NCBI GenBank assembly: GCA_051651645.1
Contig: JBOFSR010000016.1
Location: 1-56,993 of the forward strand
DNA from: Treponemataceae bacterium
GTDB lineage: Bacteria > Spirochaetota > Spirochaetia > Treponematales > Treponemataceae
DNA length: 56,993 bases
Reading direction: 5' to 3'
Shown: in pieces, positions 42,182 to 51,864 of the stretch
Position numbering within the stretch: position 1 is the stretch's first letter
How the letters are laid out: the number at the start of each line of letters is the position of its first letter
Position numbers and translations under genes: made by a program
Notes under the pieces: generated by a model
Seen by the model: the letters and a program-made list of their open reading frames with translations, nothing else
What the model was told of the DNA's origin: nothing
The model's database searches: none

Positions 42182-43669
42182 TTAGCGAATATTAAAGTAA
42201 AATTTTTTCAAGTAGGTCACTCGCTCTTGAGCATCTTTCCACAAAAGGCTTGCAGGATACATTTTCATCAAGGTTTCATAGGAGTTGAGAGCTGAGCGAA
42301 TATTACGTATTTCTGATGGTTGTTCGTAGAGTTGTCCTCTTAAGAACCAAGCTTCATCTAGTTTTGATTCCGCTTGCTGTAAAAAAATATCGAGGTGCTG
42401 TACTGCTTCTGCAATATTACCTGTTTTTTGTGCATTCTTTGCTTTGCTTAAAAGCTCTGCTGTTGAAATAAGAGGTTCGGGGATGGAAGTGAGTGGCTCA
42501 GCGACCGCAACAATTTGTTCAGTAATTAATGGAAGCTCTTCTTGTGTTGAAGAGCGTGCAGTTTGGAGATTTTCAGCGGTTTTGTTTTGAAGAGGATTCT
42601 TTGTTTGTGTCGTTTCATTCTTTTGCTGATCCTGCAGAGGATTTTTCTTTGGTGGTACTGATGCAAGCTCTGTTTGTTGTAAAACCTGTTGCGGTAAGTT
42701 TTCTTGTGTTATGTCCGCTTGTGGGGAATTTATTTTTGGTAGCGGTGTTTTATCATACGCAACAAATTTTTCAAAATCTGGGGCAATTTTTCTATCTTTG
42801 CCAACATGTGAAACAGGCTCGATAATCACCTCAAGAAAATCATCAATATAATTTCCTTTGAGTAGGTCTTGCTTGTAAAAATGCACAATCGTTTTACCAC
42901 TATCGGTGCCACGCAGAGTAAATAATGTATTGTCATTATTAATTTGGCGTTCAATAAAACGCAGGATATTGACAGCTTTTTTTTCGCCTAAAAAGACCCA
43001 GCCACTGCCAGGGTAAACAACATCGAGCATTTGATTTTTTGCAAGGGTTACGCTTCGTGATGGCGTTATGTTGCTCAATTCATCGTCTTTTATAAAGCCT
43101 GTTGAGTTTTCACGAATATATGGCAAGGGCAAGTCATTTTCCCAAATACTATTAGCTGGCTCAGCAACTGCCACTTTTTCGTCCTTCGCTTTTTCACTAT
43201 TTTCAGTAGAAGGTTTTTCCGCCTTTTTTGCTTCCGTTGGCTGATTTTCCACCATTGTTTCGTGTGCGATTTCTTGGGAGTCTTGCTCAAGCGTTTCTGT
43301 CTCCTCTAGTGCGACAGCTCCTTCTTGTTCTACGGTTTCTGCAAGTTTGCCGTCATTTGTTTCAATGGCTTGCTGTTGATTTTGATCTAACGCTAGATCA
43401 GGCTCTGGCGTCATATTTTGCTCTACGGCAAGAGGAGGCTCTTCTCTGATTTTCTCTTCAGCTGTATGATTTTGCGCTATTTCTTTATGAGCATCAATTT
43501 TGCTCGATGAATTTTCTTCGGTATCTTGACTCTCAGAAGGCATCTGGCTAGCAAAGTGTTGATTTGGTACCGCTGGTGTTTGCGGAATTTCTTTTGTCGT
43601 TTTGCATGAAAAAATGGTCACACTGAACAAAGCGAGTAGAGTGCATAAAAAAGAAAGATTTATTTTCAA
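42182..43669 (-). CDS. Acidic lipoprotein with a C-terminal TPR-like helical domain
   Basis: The TTG start overlaps the upstream stop (TTGA). The signal peptide ends in the lipobox IFSC. A long E/Q-rich low-complexity region follows. The C-terminal helical repeat reads AEAVQHLDIFLQQ...WFLRGQLYE. Confidence 0.6.
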   Translation of the reverse strand: MKINLSFLCTLLALFSVTIFSCKTTKEIPQTPAVPNQHFASQMPSESQDTEENSSSKIDAHKEIAQNHTAEEKIREEPPLAVEQNMTPEPDLALDQNQQQAIETNDGKLAETVEQEGAVALEETETLEQDSQEIAHETMVENQPTEAKKAEKPSTENSEKAKDEKVAVAEPANSIWENDLPLPYIRENSTGFIKDDELSNITPSRSVTLAKNQMLDVVYPGSGWVFLGEKKAVNILRFIERQINNDNTLFTLRGTDSGKTIVHFYKQDLLKGNYIDDFLEVIIEPVSHVGKDRKIAPDFEKFVAYDKTPLPKINSPQADITQENLPQQVLQQTELASVPPKKNPLQDQQKNETTQTKNPLQNKTAENLQTARSSTQEELPLITEQIVAVAEPLTSIPEPLISTAELLSKAKNAQKTGNIAEAVQHLDIFLQQAESKLDEAWFLRGQLYEQPSEIRNIRSALNSYETLMKMYPASLLWKDAQERVTYLKKFYFNIR

Positions 43670-44181
43670 GGAACATCTCCTAATATATCATTGATTAACG
43701 TAGCGTTTGCGTTTTTAAGCTCTTCTACCATCGTTCCATTGGGAGGCACAAACCATTCCTTTGCTTCTTTTTCATCCCAGTGAGTTTTTGGCTCAAAGTG
43801 ATAGGCGTATCCCGTGGTAATTCCTGGTTCCTCTGGCGGCATTAAATCATCTACCAATGGTTTAATAGGCTTTTCAGGCACGCTTAGAATTGCTTGCTTT
43901 TGTGGTTGATCAGTCGGGGTGATTATATAGAAAAGCAAGGCGAGGGCGATACTTCCTGCAAAAATACTCATGGCTAAGATTTTATGTTCTTTTATGGCAT
44001 GAGTAAGATTTGTAATCGCTGTGTGAAGAGCATTAAGAAAGGAATGAAAAAATTTTTCAAGCTTTTCCAATAAGGAAGTCATACTATCCATTATTAATAA
44101 TTTATTCTGATTTGTCAATAATGAATAGAATGTTGTACAATCCAGTACAAATGAGGTATTCCAAAAAAGTTTTCCTCTCAT
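43666..44181 (-). CDS. Single-pass membrane protein, unknown function
   Basis: 171 aa with one TM (ILAMSIFAGSIALALLFYII). The start is uncertain (ATG at 44181 or the internal ATG giving MDSMTS). Confidence 0.5.
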   Translation of the reverse strand: MRGKLFWNTSFVLDCTTFYSLLTNQNKLLIMDSMTSLLEKLEKFFHSFLNALHTAITNLTHAIKEHKILAMSIFAGSIALALLFYIITPTDQPQKQAILSVPEKPIKPLVDDLMPPEEPGITTGYAYHFEPKTHWDEKEAKEWFVPPNGTMVEELKNANATLINDILGDVP

Positions 44182-44303
44182 GGTTGTTCACGAGATATTG
44201 AATATTTTTTCTAGTACTATAAAATTAAAATCGCACAATTTTTTACGACATCAGTATTTTAAGTATCAAATAAATTACTATCAATCATTTATACAAGAAA
44301 AGT

Positions 44304-46343
44304 CTACTCCAATGGAGGAAAATATGCCGTCTCAACTCTTCCAGAGCGGTTAAGCAAATACAATTCTACTTCGACAGGCAAAAAAGATCGCCCAAAGTCA
44401 GTGGGAAGATTTGACGTATAGCTAAGTTGATAAACGCCAATTGGTGCACTTATAATATCACTAATAATAGATTTTATGCCTTCTGGACGATAAACAAAAT
44501 ACTGAAAACCCTTTGTTTGCTTGGTCAAATAATCAATTTCTGGTGCAAATTGATCATAATTTAGGCTAATAGTTACAAATCCAATACCATTATTATTCAA
44601 AAAAGAACTGATATCAACTAATCCATATTTTGTGAATGAAAAAGGGGATGTATTATTGTTTGTCAAGAAAATGATCGCACGCTTTTTTTCACCTTGCATT
44701 AAAACATTGCCAGACAATCGAATAGCGTCATCAAGAGCAACTAACTCCGAGTACCGTGTCTTCAAATTATCAACAGTGAAGTTCAAAAGCTGTTGTGGAC
44801 TGCCTGCAATTTCAATGCTAGGAATACTACCTGCAGAGACAACTCGAATTGTGCCTCGTCCATTCATAAGTGAGGCGATTTCCTGTATGGTCGTTCCGAT
44901 TTGGCTTGCATACTGCTCCATTCCCATTGAGCGATCAACTAAAATAGTAATATCACACAGATCGCTATAGTAAGCAGAGGATGCAAGATTTTGATTTGAA
45001 ACAACTTGGCGATTTTCAGTTAATAAAAAATTCTCATTTTGGAGACCAACAATTGGAGTGCCATCTTTGCTTTCAACACGCAAGTCAATCGTCACTTTGG
45101 GGAAAGAATCCGACACAACGCGATCAACTTGCACAAAAAATCCACTAATCAGCTCAGAGACTTTTGACATTACATAGATTTCATTTGACTTGAAATCCGT
45201 CACTACAAGATTGCCGTTAATATCTGCCGTTGCACTTGTTATGCGAGAAATCCCCTTGCCTGTATTTGATATTTCCGTCACCGTCCCTTCATGTACATTG
45301 ACGGCAAAAACCTTATTTGAGTCGGCAACAAGCAAATAATCATTCCATATTTTCATTGATTCAGGCCGATGAAAGGATTTCTCAGGCAACAAACTATCAA
45401 TATAGTTCCCCGCGGTGTCAAAAATAAAAATTGTGCCAAAAACTGCATCAGCAACATAAACAATGTCATCAATTACGGAAATTCCCGTTGGTGCAATAAA
45501 GCCCTCAAAAAAATCCGTTTTTTGACCAAAGGAAAAAAGTGTTTCGCCCATGCTATCAAAAACAACGACGCGAGCATTGCCAAAATCCGTAACAAAAATA
45601 TTATCAGAAGAGTCTTTAGCCAAAAACTGAGGGCCGAGCAACTGGCCATCATCAATTCCACGCATTCCAATATAGCGAAGAAAGTCGCCATCTTTTGTAA
45701 GCAATGAAAGTCTATCTCCTGCAAATTCAGAAATGACGAGCTGTCCGTTTGTTTGCTCTAAAATATCGAGCGGTCGATCAAATCCATTCAAAGGCCCCCG
45801 AGATCGAATACGAATATTGCCATTGACATCAAACTGCAATAGCTCATTTGAGCCGTATGCGAGCACCCAAAAATGCCCGTTTTGCAGTGGCAAGGTAGAA
45901 ATCGGTTGACTAAAATAGAGTTGCTTTTCAATTTTTCCCGCAAAAGTGCCTGCCTCAACAAAGCGAATATCACTCAGCAAATTTGACGATGGGATGCGCC
46001 GTTCACGAAGCAAGTCCGTTTTACTCTGTAAGATTGTTCCACCATAACCATTTTGCAAGGCTAAATCCCAGTACTGCAGTGCCGTTCCTTCAATACCCGA
46101 GCGATAATAGGCGTTGCCAAGCCAATCAAGAATGAGACTTTCGTTGGGCATATACGAAAGAGAGCGCTCAAAAAGCACGATTGCGTCATTAAAAGAGCCA
46201 CGATAAAAGGCCTGAACCCCTCTACGAAACTCTTCTTGCGCCAAGCCACTTTCTGCCGTTGCTGACTGTATTTGCGAGGAAACAGAAACAAACGAAAAGA
46301 AAAATATTATCGCTAAAAAAACTCGCAAAATATTTTTTTCCAT
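44304..46343 (-). CDS. Secreted TPR + NHL-repeat beta-propeller protein with a vWA-like C-terminal region
   Basis: 679 aa with a signal peptide, a TPR-like N-terminus (FYRGSFNDAIVLFERSL) and NHL-type repeats (GPQFLAKDSSDNIFVTDFGNARVVVFDSMG and others). The C-terminal VDRSMG block suggests a degenerate MIDAS motif. Confidence 0.65.
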   Translation of the reverse strand: MEKNILRVFLAIIFFFSFVSVSSQIQSATAESGLAQEEFRRGVQAFYRGSFNDAIVLFERSLSYMPNESLILDWLGNAYYRSGIEGTALQYWDLALQNGYGGTILQSKTDLLRERRIPSSNLLSDIRFVEAGTFAGKIEKQLYFSQPISTLPLQNGHFWVLAYGSNELLQFDVNGNIRIRSRGPLNGFDRPLDILEQTNGQLVISEFAGDRLSLLTKDGDFLRYIGMRGIDDGQLLGPQFLAKDSSDNIFVTDFGNARVVVFDSMGETLFSFGQKTDFFEGFIAPTGISVIDDIVYVADAVFGTIFIFDTAGNYIDSLLPEKSFHRPESMKIWNDYLLVADSNKVFAVNVHEGTVTEISNTGKGISRITSATADINGNLVVTDFKSNEIYVMSKVSELISGFFVQVDRVVSDSFPKVTIDLRVESKDGTPIVGLQNENFLLTENRQVVSNQNLASSAYYSDLCDITILVDRSMGMEQYASQIGTTIQEIASLMNGRGTIRVVSAGSIPSIEIAGSPQQLLNFTVDNLKTRYSELVALDDAIRLSGNVLMQGEKKRAIIFLTNNNTSPFSFTKYGLVDISSFLNNNGIGFVTISLNYDQFAPEIDYLTKQTKGFQYFVYRPEGIKSIISDIISAPIGVYQLSYTSNLPTDFGRSFLPVEVELYLLNRSGRVETAYFPPLE

Positions 46344-47059
46344 TATCGGTTCTCCAATTTTGAGAGTGATTTTTCTTCTCGATTACTTGCTAACTGTTTA
46401 TTAATTTGTGAAAAATGATCTTCGATCTCTTTGTTGCCAGGCAAAGCATTGCGTGCCCTTTTAACAAATTGGTGAGCCTCTTTAGTTAAACCAAGTTTAT
46501 GGTATGCCCAGCCAAGAGAGTCCAAATAGGCAGGGGAATTAGGTTGCTGCTCAAGTGCTTTTTTGATAAGAGAAAAAGCCTTTGTAATTTCTTGCCCCGC
46601 AGAGATTAAAACGTAGCCCAAGCCATTTAATGCGGTGGCATGATTTGCATCAATCGACAAAGCCTTCTCGTAAAGTTTGATAGCCTTATCTAAATCCTTT
46701 TGCGTCCATGCAGAATACGCCATTGTACAAAAAACATTAGCTGTTTGGCAGCCCGTTTCAAGCAACTTACGCAACTCAAAATCAGCAAGCCGAATTCGTC
46801 CTGTCTGTGTGTAAAGCACGGCAAGAATTAGCCTGCACTGATGCACGCGTTGAATGTCATCGCAGGAAGTAACAACTTGCTCATAATATGTCAAAGCATC
46901 CTCAAACTTTTCAAGCTGAGTAAAGCACAAAGCTGAATAGTATGCAATTTCAGCACTTGTTTGCGGAGAATCAGAATGAAGAGCCAAAAGCGTTTTTAAT
47001 GCGTCGTGATAATTGCGAATATGATAAAGTTTTATGCCTTCTTGTAATTTATCAGTCAT
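46343..47059 (-). CDS. Tetratricopeptide-repeat protein
   Basis: 238 aa with several TPR units (YYSALCF..EKFEDALTYYEQV; AWTQKDLDKAIKLYEKALSIDANHATALNGLGYV). Its stop overlaps the next start (TAATG). Confidence 0.75.
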   Translation of the reverse strand: MTDKLQEGIKLYHIRNYHDALKTLLALHSDSPQTSAEIAYYSALCFTQLEKFEDALTYYEQVVTSCDDIQRVHQCRLILAVLYTQTGRIRLADFELRKLLETGCQTANVFCTMAYSAWTQKDLDKAIKLYEKALSIDANHATALNGLGYVLISAGQEITKAFSLIKKALEQQPNSPAYLDSLGWAYHKLGLTKEAHQFVKRARNALPGNKEIEDHFSQINKQLASNREEKSLSKLENR

Positions 47060-47076
47060 AAGCCCTCCCTTTATTG

Positions 47077-47814
47077 TTACACTTTTAAGCTTATATGTTC
47101 AAAGTCGCCATAATGCAAGGCAGAAGGCTGTGCGCGAACAGGCGTAATTGAAACAAATCCTTTTTTGATAGTATTAAAATCAGAAAAATCATCACCCTGC
47201 GTATGAATCTTTCCGCCTTCAAAAAACGTATACGTGTTTTTATTGGGTGCACTGTATGAATGCAAAACATCCGTATATTCTCGATATGAAAGATTTGTAA
47301 ACCGACAGCCTTGAAACTCGCCAGAGGGTGTATTAATATTCAAAAAAACGTCTTTTTGATGCAAGCCCACCAGCTCATCCAAATTATTTTTTATAAATTC
47401 TGCCGTTGGAGTATAATCCCACTCGTTATTTGGACTTGACAAACTAACAGCGATTGAAGGAATGCCATACAGACATGCTTGGCGTGCCCCCGCTGCCGTC
47501 CCTGAAAAAAGCACGTCTGTACCGATATTTCCGCCTTCATTAATTCCTGAAATGACTATATCTGGAGCATTCTCCATAACGGATTTTATGCCAACCATTA
47601 CGCAATCAGCAGGCAAGCCAGAGCAAGAAAAGATTTGCGTATCAATTTTTTTTATTGTAAGCGGATTAAACATGGTAATCCCATGCGAAACAGCCGAACG
47701 ATTTCTATCAGGAGCAATCATCCATACCTCAGCAACTTTTGAAAGTTCCCGTGCCAAAACATGAATGCCATCGCAATCCAACCCATCGTCATTAGTTAAT
47801 AAAATTTTCTTCAT
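47077..47814 (-). CDS. surE: 5'/3'-nucleotidase SurE
   Basis: MKKILLTNDDGLDCDGI N-terminus, then GINEGGN and SGTAAGAR. I prefer the ATG at 47814 over the TTG at 47832. Confidence 0.9.
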   Translation of the reverse strand: MKKILLTNDDGLDCDGIHVLARELSKVAEVWMIAPDRNRSAVSHGITMFNPLTIKKIDTQIFSCSGLPADCVMVGIKSVMENAPDIVISGINEGGNIGTDVLFSGTAAGARQACLYGIPSIAVSLSSPNNEWDYTPTAEFIKNNLDELVGLHQKDVFLNINTPSGEFQGCRFTNLSYREYTDVLHSYSAPNKNTYTFFEGGKIHTQGDDFSDFNTIKKGFVSITPVRAQPSALHYGDFEHISLKV

Positions 47815-47928
47815 ATTATTTATACCAATCAATTTAATTGACTAGCTTTCCTTAAAATGGCATTTTAAATTTTTGTACAATTTGAAATACTTGCTTCTTA
47901 TACAAAAAATCATTACAATAATAACCTA

Positions 47929-49575
47929 ATGAAAAAAAAATTACAAGTTTTTTATGCTTTTTTTTCTGGTATAATGCTTTCAGCAGGCATTGCCAATGAA
48001 ATATTACCCTTTGGCTCCCCTTTTATAGGACTTTTTAGCCTTGTTCCACTGTATTTTGCCCTTCGGAATGCAAAATCCTTTAGAGAATCAGGGCTCGTTG
48101 TTAGCATCCAAGTGATGATTGTACACATTTGCTCAAGTTTTTGGCTGGGATATTTCAGAAATTTTGCAATTTTTACTCTGTGGGCATCGGCGTTTGCATA
48201 CGGACTGTGGGCGTATTTTATTGGCCAATGGATCCATCTTACGTTTAGAAACTACCACGGACAAAAAATATCAGACTTACAAGAATTTGCAGGAATAAAC
48301 GCAAATCACCTAATCAAACGCATTTTTGGCTTTTGTGCAATATGGACTTTATGGGAATTTAGCAAGTCAGTAGGATTTTTAGGCTATCCTTGGGGAACCG
48401 TTCTCATGACAGCGTACAAATGGCCGCTAATCACCCAAATTGTTGATATAACTGGCACGTGGGGACTAAGCTTTTTATTTTCATTATTTTCCGCAATTTT
48501 TGCCGAGGGGCTATATTTACTTCCCAAGCAGTTTTTAAAAAATCGAAATATCGTACTTTCAACGTATGCCAAAATTGCAAGCTTTTGTTTTTTGCTTTTT
48601 ACCGCTAGCCTTTTATACGGCATTTTCCAATATACAAAAAATCGCGTTCCCATTGCAACAATGAACACCGTCATCGTTCAGCACAATGGCGATTCGTGGT
48701 CGTCAAATGGTGCAACACAAAGCATTTTGACCTCGCAAGAATTAACGGAAAAAGCGATTGCAAAGGCAAATATTCAGCCTGATTTAGTTGTGTGGAGCGA
48801 GTCAGTTTTATCAAATGCGTTTCCTTATGCAACAGACACTTACGATGTCTTTCCATTCGAAAGCCCTTTGTTTCCCTTTATACGAAAAATTAATGCACCT
48901 TTCATCATTGGAGGGCCTGTTGTTAGCAATGCCGAAGAAGGACTCGTTCATAATTCAGCAAATTATTTTAACAAAGACAGTGAATGGCTTGGATATTACG
49001 GAAAAATTCAGCTCGTTCCCTTTGCCGAGGCGATCCCTTTTGCCGAAAATAAAATTGTCCAAACAATACTCAAAACCTTGGTGGGATTTTCGCGCGGATG
49101 GACACCAGGAAGCGAATACAAAAACTTTTCTGTGCCACTTCAATCAGGGCAGAGTATTGCAATTTCAACGCCAATTTGCTTTGAAGATGCTTTTCCTGAA
49201 ACGTGCAATCGACTTTTCAGTGCAGGCAGCCAAATTTTTGTCAATATCACAAACGATTCATGGTCAAAAACAAATTCAGCCGAATATCAACACTTTGTCA
49301 TAGCGTCCTTTAGAAGCCTCGAACTGAGAAAAACTATGATTCGTGCAACTAACTCGGGGTACTCCGTTGTTATCGATCCTGTTGGAAAAACTTTAGCCGA
49401 TTTGCCTCTTTTTGTTGAGGACAGTATTTTGGTTCCCATTCCAATTTATGAGCGAGTTTATACTTTTTATTTTATTTTTGGTGATTGGTTACCGCTCATC
49501 CTTGTATGGCTGATTTTTGCAGTTACTCTTTTTGATCAACTAAAAAATGCCCCATTTAAGGGAAGAAAAAATTGA
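47929..49575 (+). CDS. lnt: Apolipoprotein N-acyltransferase
   Basis: 548 aa. An N-terminal polytopic region is followed by a CN-hydrolase domain (VVWSESV, GKIQLVPFAE, catalytic Cys in TPICFED). Confidence 0.85.
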   Translation: MKKKLQVFYAFFSGIMLSAGIANEILPFGSPFIGLFSLVPLYFALRNAKSFRESGLVVSIQVMIVHICSSFWLGYFRNFAIFTLWASAFAYGLWAYFIGQWIHLTFRNYHGQKISDLQEFAGINANHLIKRIFGFCAIWTLWEFSKSVGFLGYPWGTVLMTAYKWPLITQIVDITGTWGLSFLFSLFSAIFAEGLYLLPKQFLKNRNIVLSTYAKIASFCFLLFTASLLYGIFQYTKNRVPIATMNTVIVQHNGDSWSSNGATQSILTSQELTEKAIAKANIQPDLVVWSESVLSNAFPYATDTYDVFPFESPLFPFIRKINAPFIIGGPVVSNAEEGLVHNSANYFNKDSEWLGYYGKIQLVPFAEAIPFAENKIVQTILKTLVGFSRGWTPGSEYKNFSVPLQSGQSIAISTPICFEDAFPETCNRLFSAGSQIFVNITNDSWSKTNSAEYQHFVIASFRSLELRKTMIRATNSGYSVVIDPVGKTLADLPLFVEDSILVPIPIYERVYTFYFIFGDWLPLILVWLIFAVTLFDQLKNAPFKGRKN

Positions 49576-50156
49576 TACACGCTAGTAAATTTCGCTTTAC
49601 CAAGCAATCATTTTTTATTGTAATTTTTGCATGCCTTATTTCGCTAAGCAATTTTCTAACGTTTTCATACGAAGGGATTCAATTTTCTGTGCAACAAATC
49701 TGCATTTTATTAACAGGACTTTTATTAGGCTTTCCGCAAAGCGGTGCGGCAGTTGGTGTTTTTTTTCTTATGGGCATTGCAGGGCTGCCTGTTTTTCCTA
49801 ATTTTAACTCAGGCGTTTATTCACTTTTTTACGGTACACACGCAGGTTATTTAATGGGGTATTTTTTCGCCGCAATTACAGCAAGCTATATGCTACACAA
49901 AAATGAAGCCAAAAAGATACCATTTGTAAAAATATTAACAACAACAATTGCAGCAACGATCATACTTTATGTTTTTGGCATAAATCACATTCAAAAAGAT
50001 CCAAGCAAAACTATTCTTGATGCAATCAATCAAGAACTTAGCGTCGTTCGTCTTATCAGCGAGGGGATACAAACTTTTTTTGTTGCAATCGTGGCCTATT
50101 TTTTGCATCCGCTTTTTCTCCACCACATACACGCTGAAAAAAAACAAGTTCAATAA
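49572..50156 (+). CDS. bioY: BioY-family transporter S-component (second paralogue)
   Basis: The TTG start overlaps the lnt stop (TTGA). The blocks QQICILLTGLLLG, GLPVF and AGYLMGYFFAA are BioY-like. Confidence 0.65.
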   Translation: MIHASKFRFTKQSFFIVIFACLISLSNFLTFSYEGIQFSVQQICILLTGLLLGFPQSGAAVGVFFLMGIAGLPVFPNFNSGVYSLFYGTHAGYLMGYFFAAITASYMLHKNEAKKIPFVKILTTTIAATIILYVFGINHIQKDPSKTILDAINQELSVVRLISEGIQTFFVAIVAYFLHPLFLHHIHAEKKQVQ

Positions 50157-50202
50157 TATTGGCATTCACTGCCTTTTGTGGGTTTGATTGTGCAAAAATC
50201 TC

Positions 50203-51228
50203 TTAAAATAATTCTCCGTTCATTTTTTGCGTCAAAGGGATATTTAAGTGTTCATAAGCCTTTGCCGTTACCATTCGTCCACGTGGCGTGCGTTGAATAA
50301 GCCCTGTTTGAATAAGATATGGCTCGTAGTAATCTTCAAGCGTATCGATAGATTCCCCAATGGAGATAGCCAGAGTTTCTGCACCAACAGGCCCACCGCC
50401 GTAGTTTTCAATTACTGAGCGTAAAATTGTACGATCATGATTTTCAAGACCGAGAGCGTCAATTTGCAATTTATTTAATCCCTGTTTTACAACAGAAAGT
50501 GTAATCGTTCCATCGCCCAACACTTGAGCAAAGTCCCTCATTCGCCGCAAGATACGATTTGCAACGCGAGGCGTTCCTCTTGCACACTGAGCCATAAGGT
50601 TGGCCGCATCGTCTTGTACGACGGTATTCAGTATTTTTGCTGAACGATGAATGACTTGTGAGAGCTCCTGTGCGGAGTAAAACGTAAACCTTTGAACGAT
50701 GCCAAAACGGCTGATAAGGGGGCTTGAAACAGCGCCAGCCTTTGTTGTTGCCCCAACGAGAGTAAACGGAGGAATAGGAATACGCACCGTTCGTGCCGAT
50801 GGGCCTTGTCCAATAATCCAATCAAGCTCAAAATCCTCCATTGCAATATAAAGCATTTCCTCAATTGCAGGTTTTAAGCGGTGAATTTCATCAATAAAAA
50901 AGACGGTACGTTCGGTCACCGTTGAAAGAATTCCCGCAAGATCCTTTGGCTTATCAAGAGCTGGTGCACTCGTTACCTTAAAATCGACGGCAAGCTCATT
51001 TGCGGTAATAAACGCAAGCGTCGTTTTACCAAGCCCTGGAGGGCCAATTAAAAACAAGTGATCAAGGCTCTCGTTTCTGTTCCGTGCTGCCTCAATAAAA
51101 ACAGAAAGATTTTCTTTTATAAGACTTTGCCCAAGAAACTCGCTTAAAAGCTTTGGCCTCAACCCTGGATCGCGCTCATCATCAAACTGAGGAATATCTG
51201 CGTGTAAAAAACTATTTTCGTCTATCAT
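50203..51228 (-). CDS. ruvB: Holliday junction branch migration helicase RuvB
   Basis: 341 aa. [12 protein letters not shown], Walker [17 protein letters not shown] and the sensor blocks. Confidence 0.95.
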   Translation of the reverse strand: MIDENSFLHADIPQFDDERDPGLRPKLLSEFLGQSLIKENLSVFIEAARNRNESLDHLFLIGPPGLGKTTLAFITANELAVDFKVTSAPALDKPKDLAGILSTVTERTVFFIDEIHRLKPAIEEMLYIAMEDFELDWIIGQGPSARTVRIPIPPFTLVGATTKAGAVSSPLISRFGIVQRFTFYSAQELSQVIHRSAKILNTVVQDDAANLMAQCARGTPRVANRILRRMRDFAQVLGDGTITLSVVKQGLNKLQIDALGLENHDRTILRSVIENYGGGPVGAETLAISIGESIDTLEDYYEPYLIQTGLIQRTPRGRMVTAKAYEHLNIPLTQKMNGELF

Positions 51229-51243
51229 AATTATTTAAGTTGG

Positions 51244-51858
51244 CTAATTTGCAAGTTCCACGATTGCACGACGAAAAAGGAATTCTTCTTGTGCAGCCTT
51301 GCTATCTTTGGGATTAAGCTCTGCTTCTATTTTATGCAATGCTTCCTCGGCAGATTTTTTATCATAGCCCATTTGAACAAGAGCATCGCACACATCTTGC
51401 CATTTGTCAGTACTTTTTTGCGATTTTGACGTCGCCTCTACTAAAGTGAGTTTTCCTTTTAAAGTGAGCAACATTTTTTGTGCCGTTTTTTTGCCAATAC
51501 CAGAAATTGATTCAAGCCGAGAAAGATCTTCACTTTCAAGGGCATTTACCAGCTGCTGCGTATCAATGCTCGAAAGAATTTTGATTGCAGCCTTTGGCCC
51601 AACGCCATCAACCTTCACTAAATCAAAAAACATCGAACGCTCTGCCTCACTTGCAAAGCCAAAAAGTCGCATGCCATCCTCTTTATGGTACAGCCACACA
51701 TACACCCGAGCCTTCGAGCCAACGCACGGAAATACGTCGAGTGAACAATCCGATACAAGAAAATCCCACTCCACAAAACCGAGCTCCTCAGAGCCCGTCT
51801 CTAAATGAAGTGTTTGCGGATTTTTTTTTGTAATTGTTCCATAAAGACTGTTAAACAT
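51244..51858 (-). CDS. ruvA: Holliday junction DNA-binding protein RuvA
   Basis: 204 aa. MFNSLYGTI N-terminus, helix-hairpin-helix motifs (VDGVGPKAAIKILS; ISGIGKKTAQKM) and a C-terminal domain III. Confidence 0.9.
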   Translation of the reverse strand: MFNSLYGTITKKNPQTLHLETGSEELGFVEWDFLVSDCSLDVFPCVGSKARVYVWLYHKEDGMRLFGFASEAERSMFFDLVKVDGVGPKAAIKILSSIDTQQLVNALESEDLSRLESISGIGKKTAQKMLLTLKGKLTLVEATSKSQKSTDKWQDVCDALVQMGYDKKSAEEALHKIEAELNPKDSKAAQEEFLFRRAIVELAN

Positions 51859-51864
51859 ATCTAA

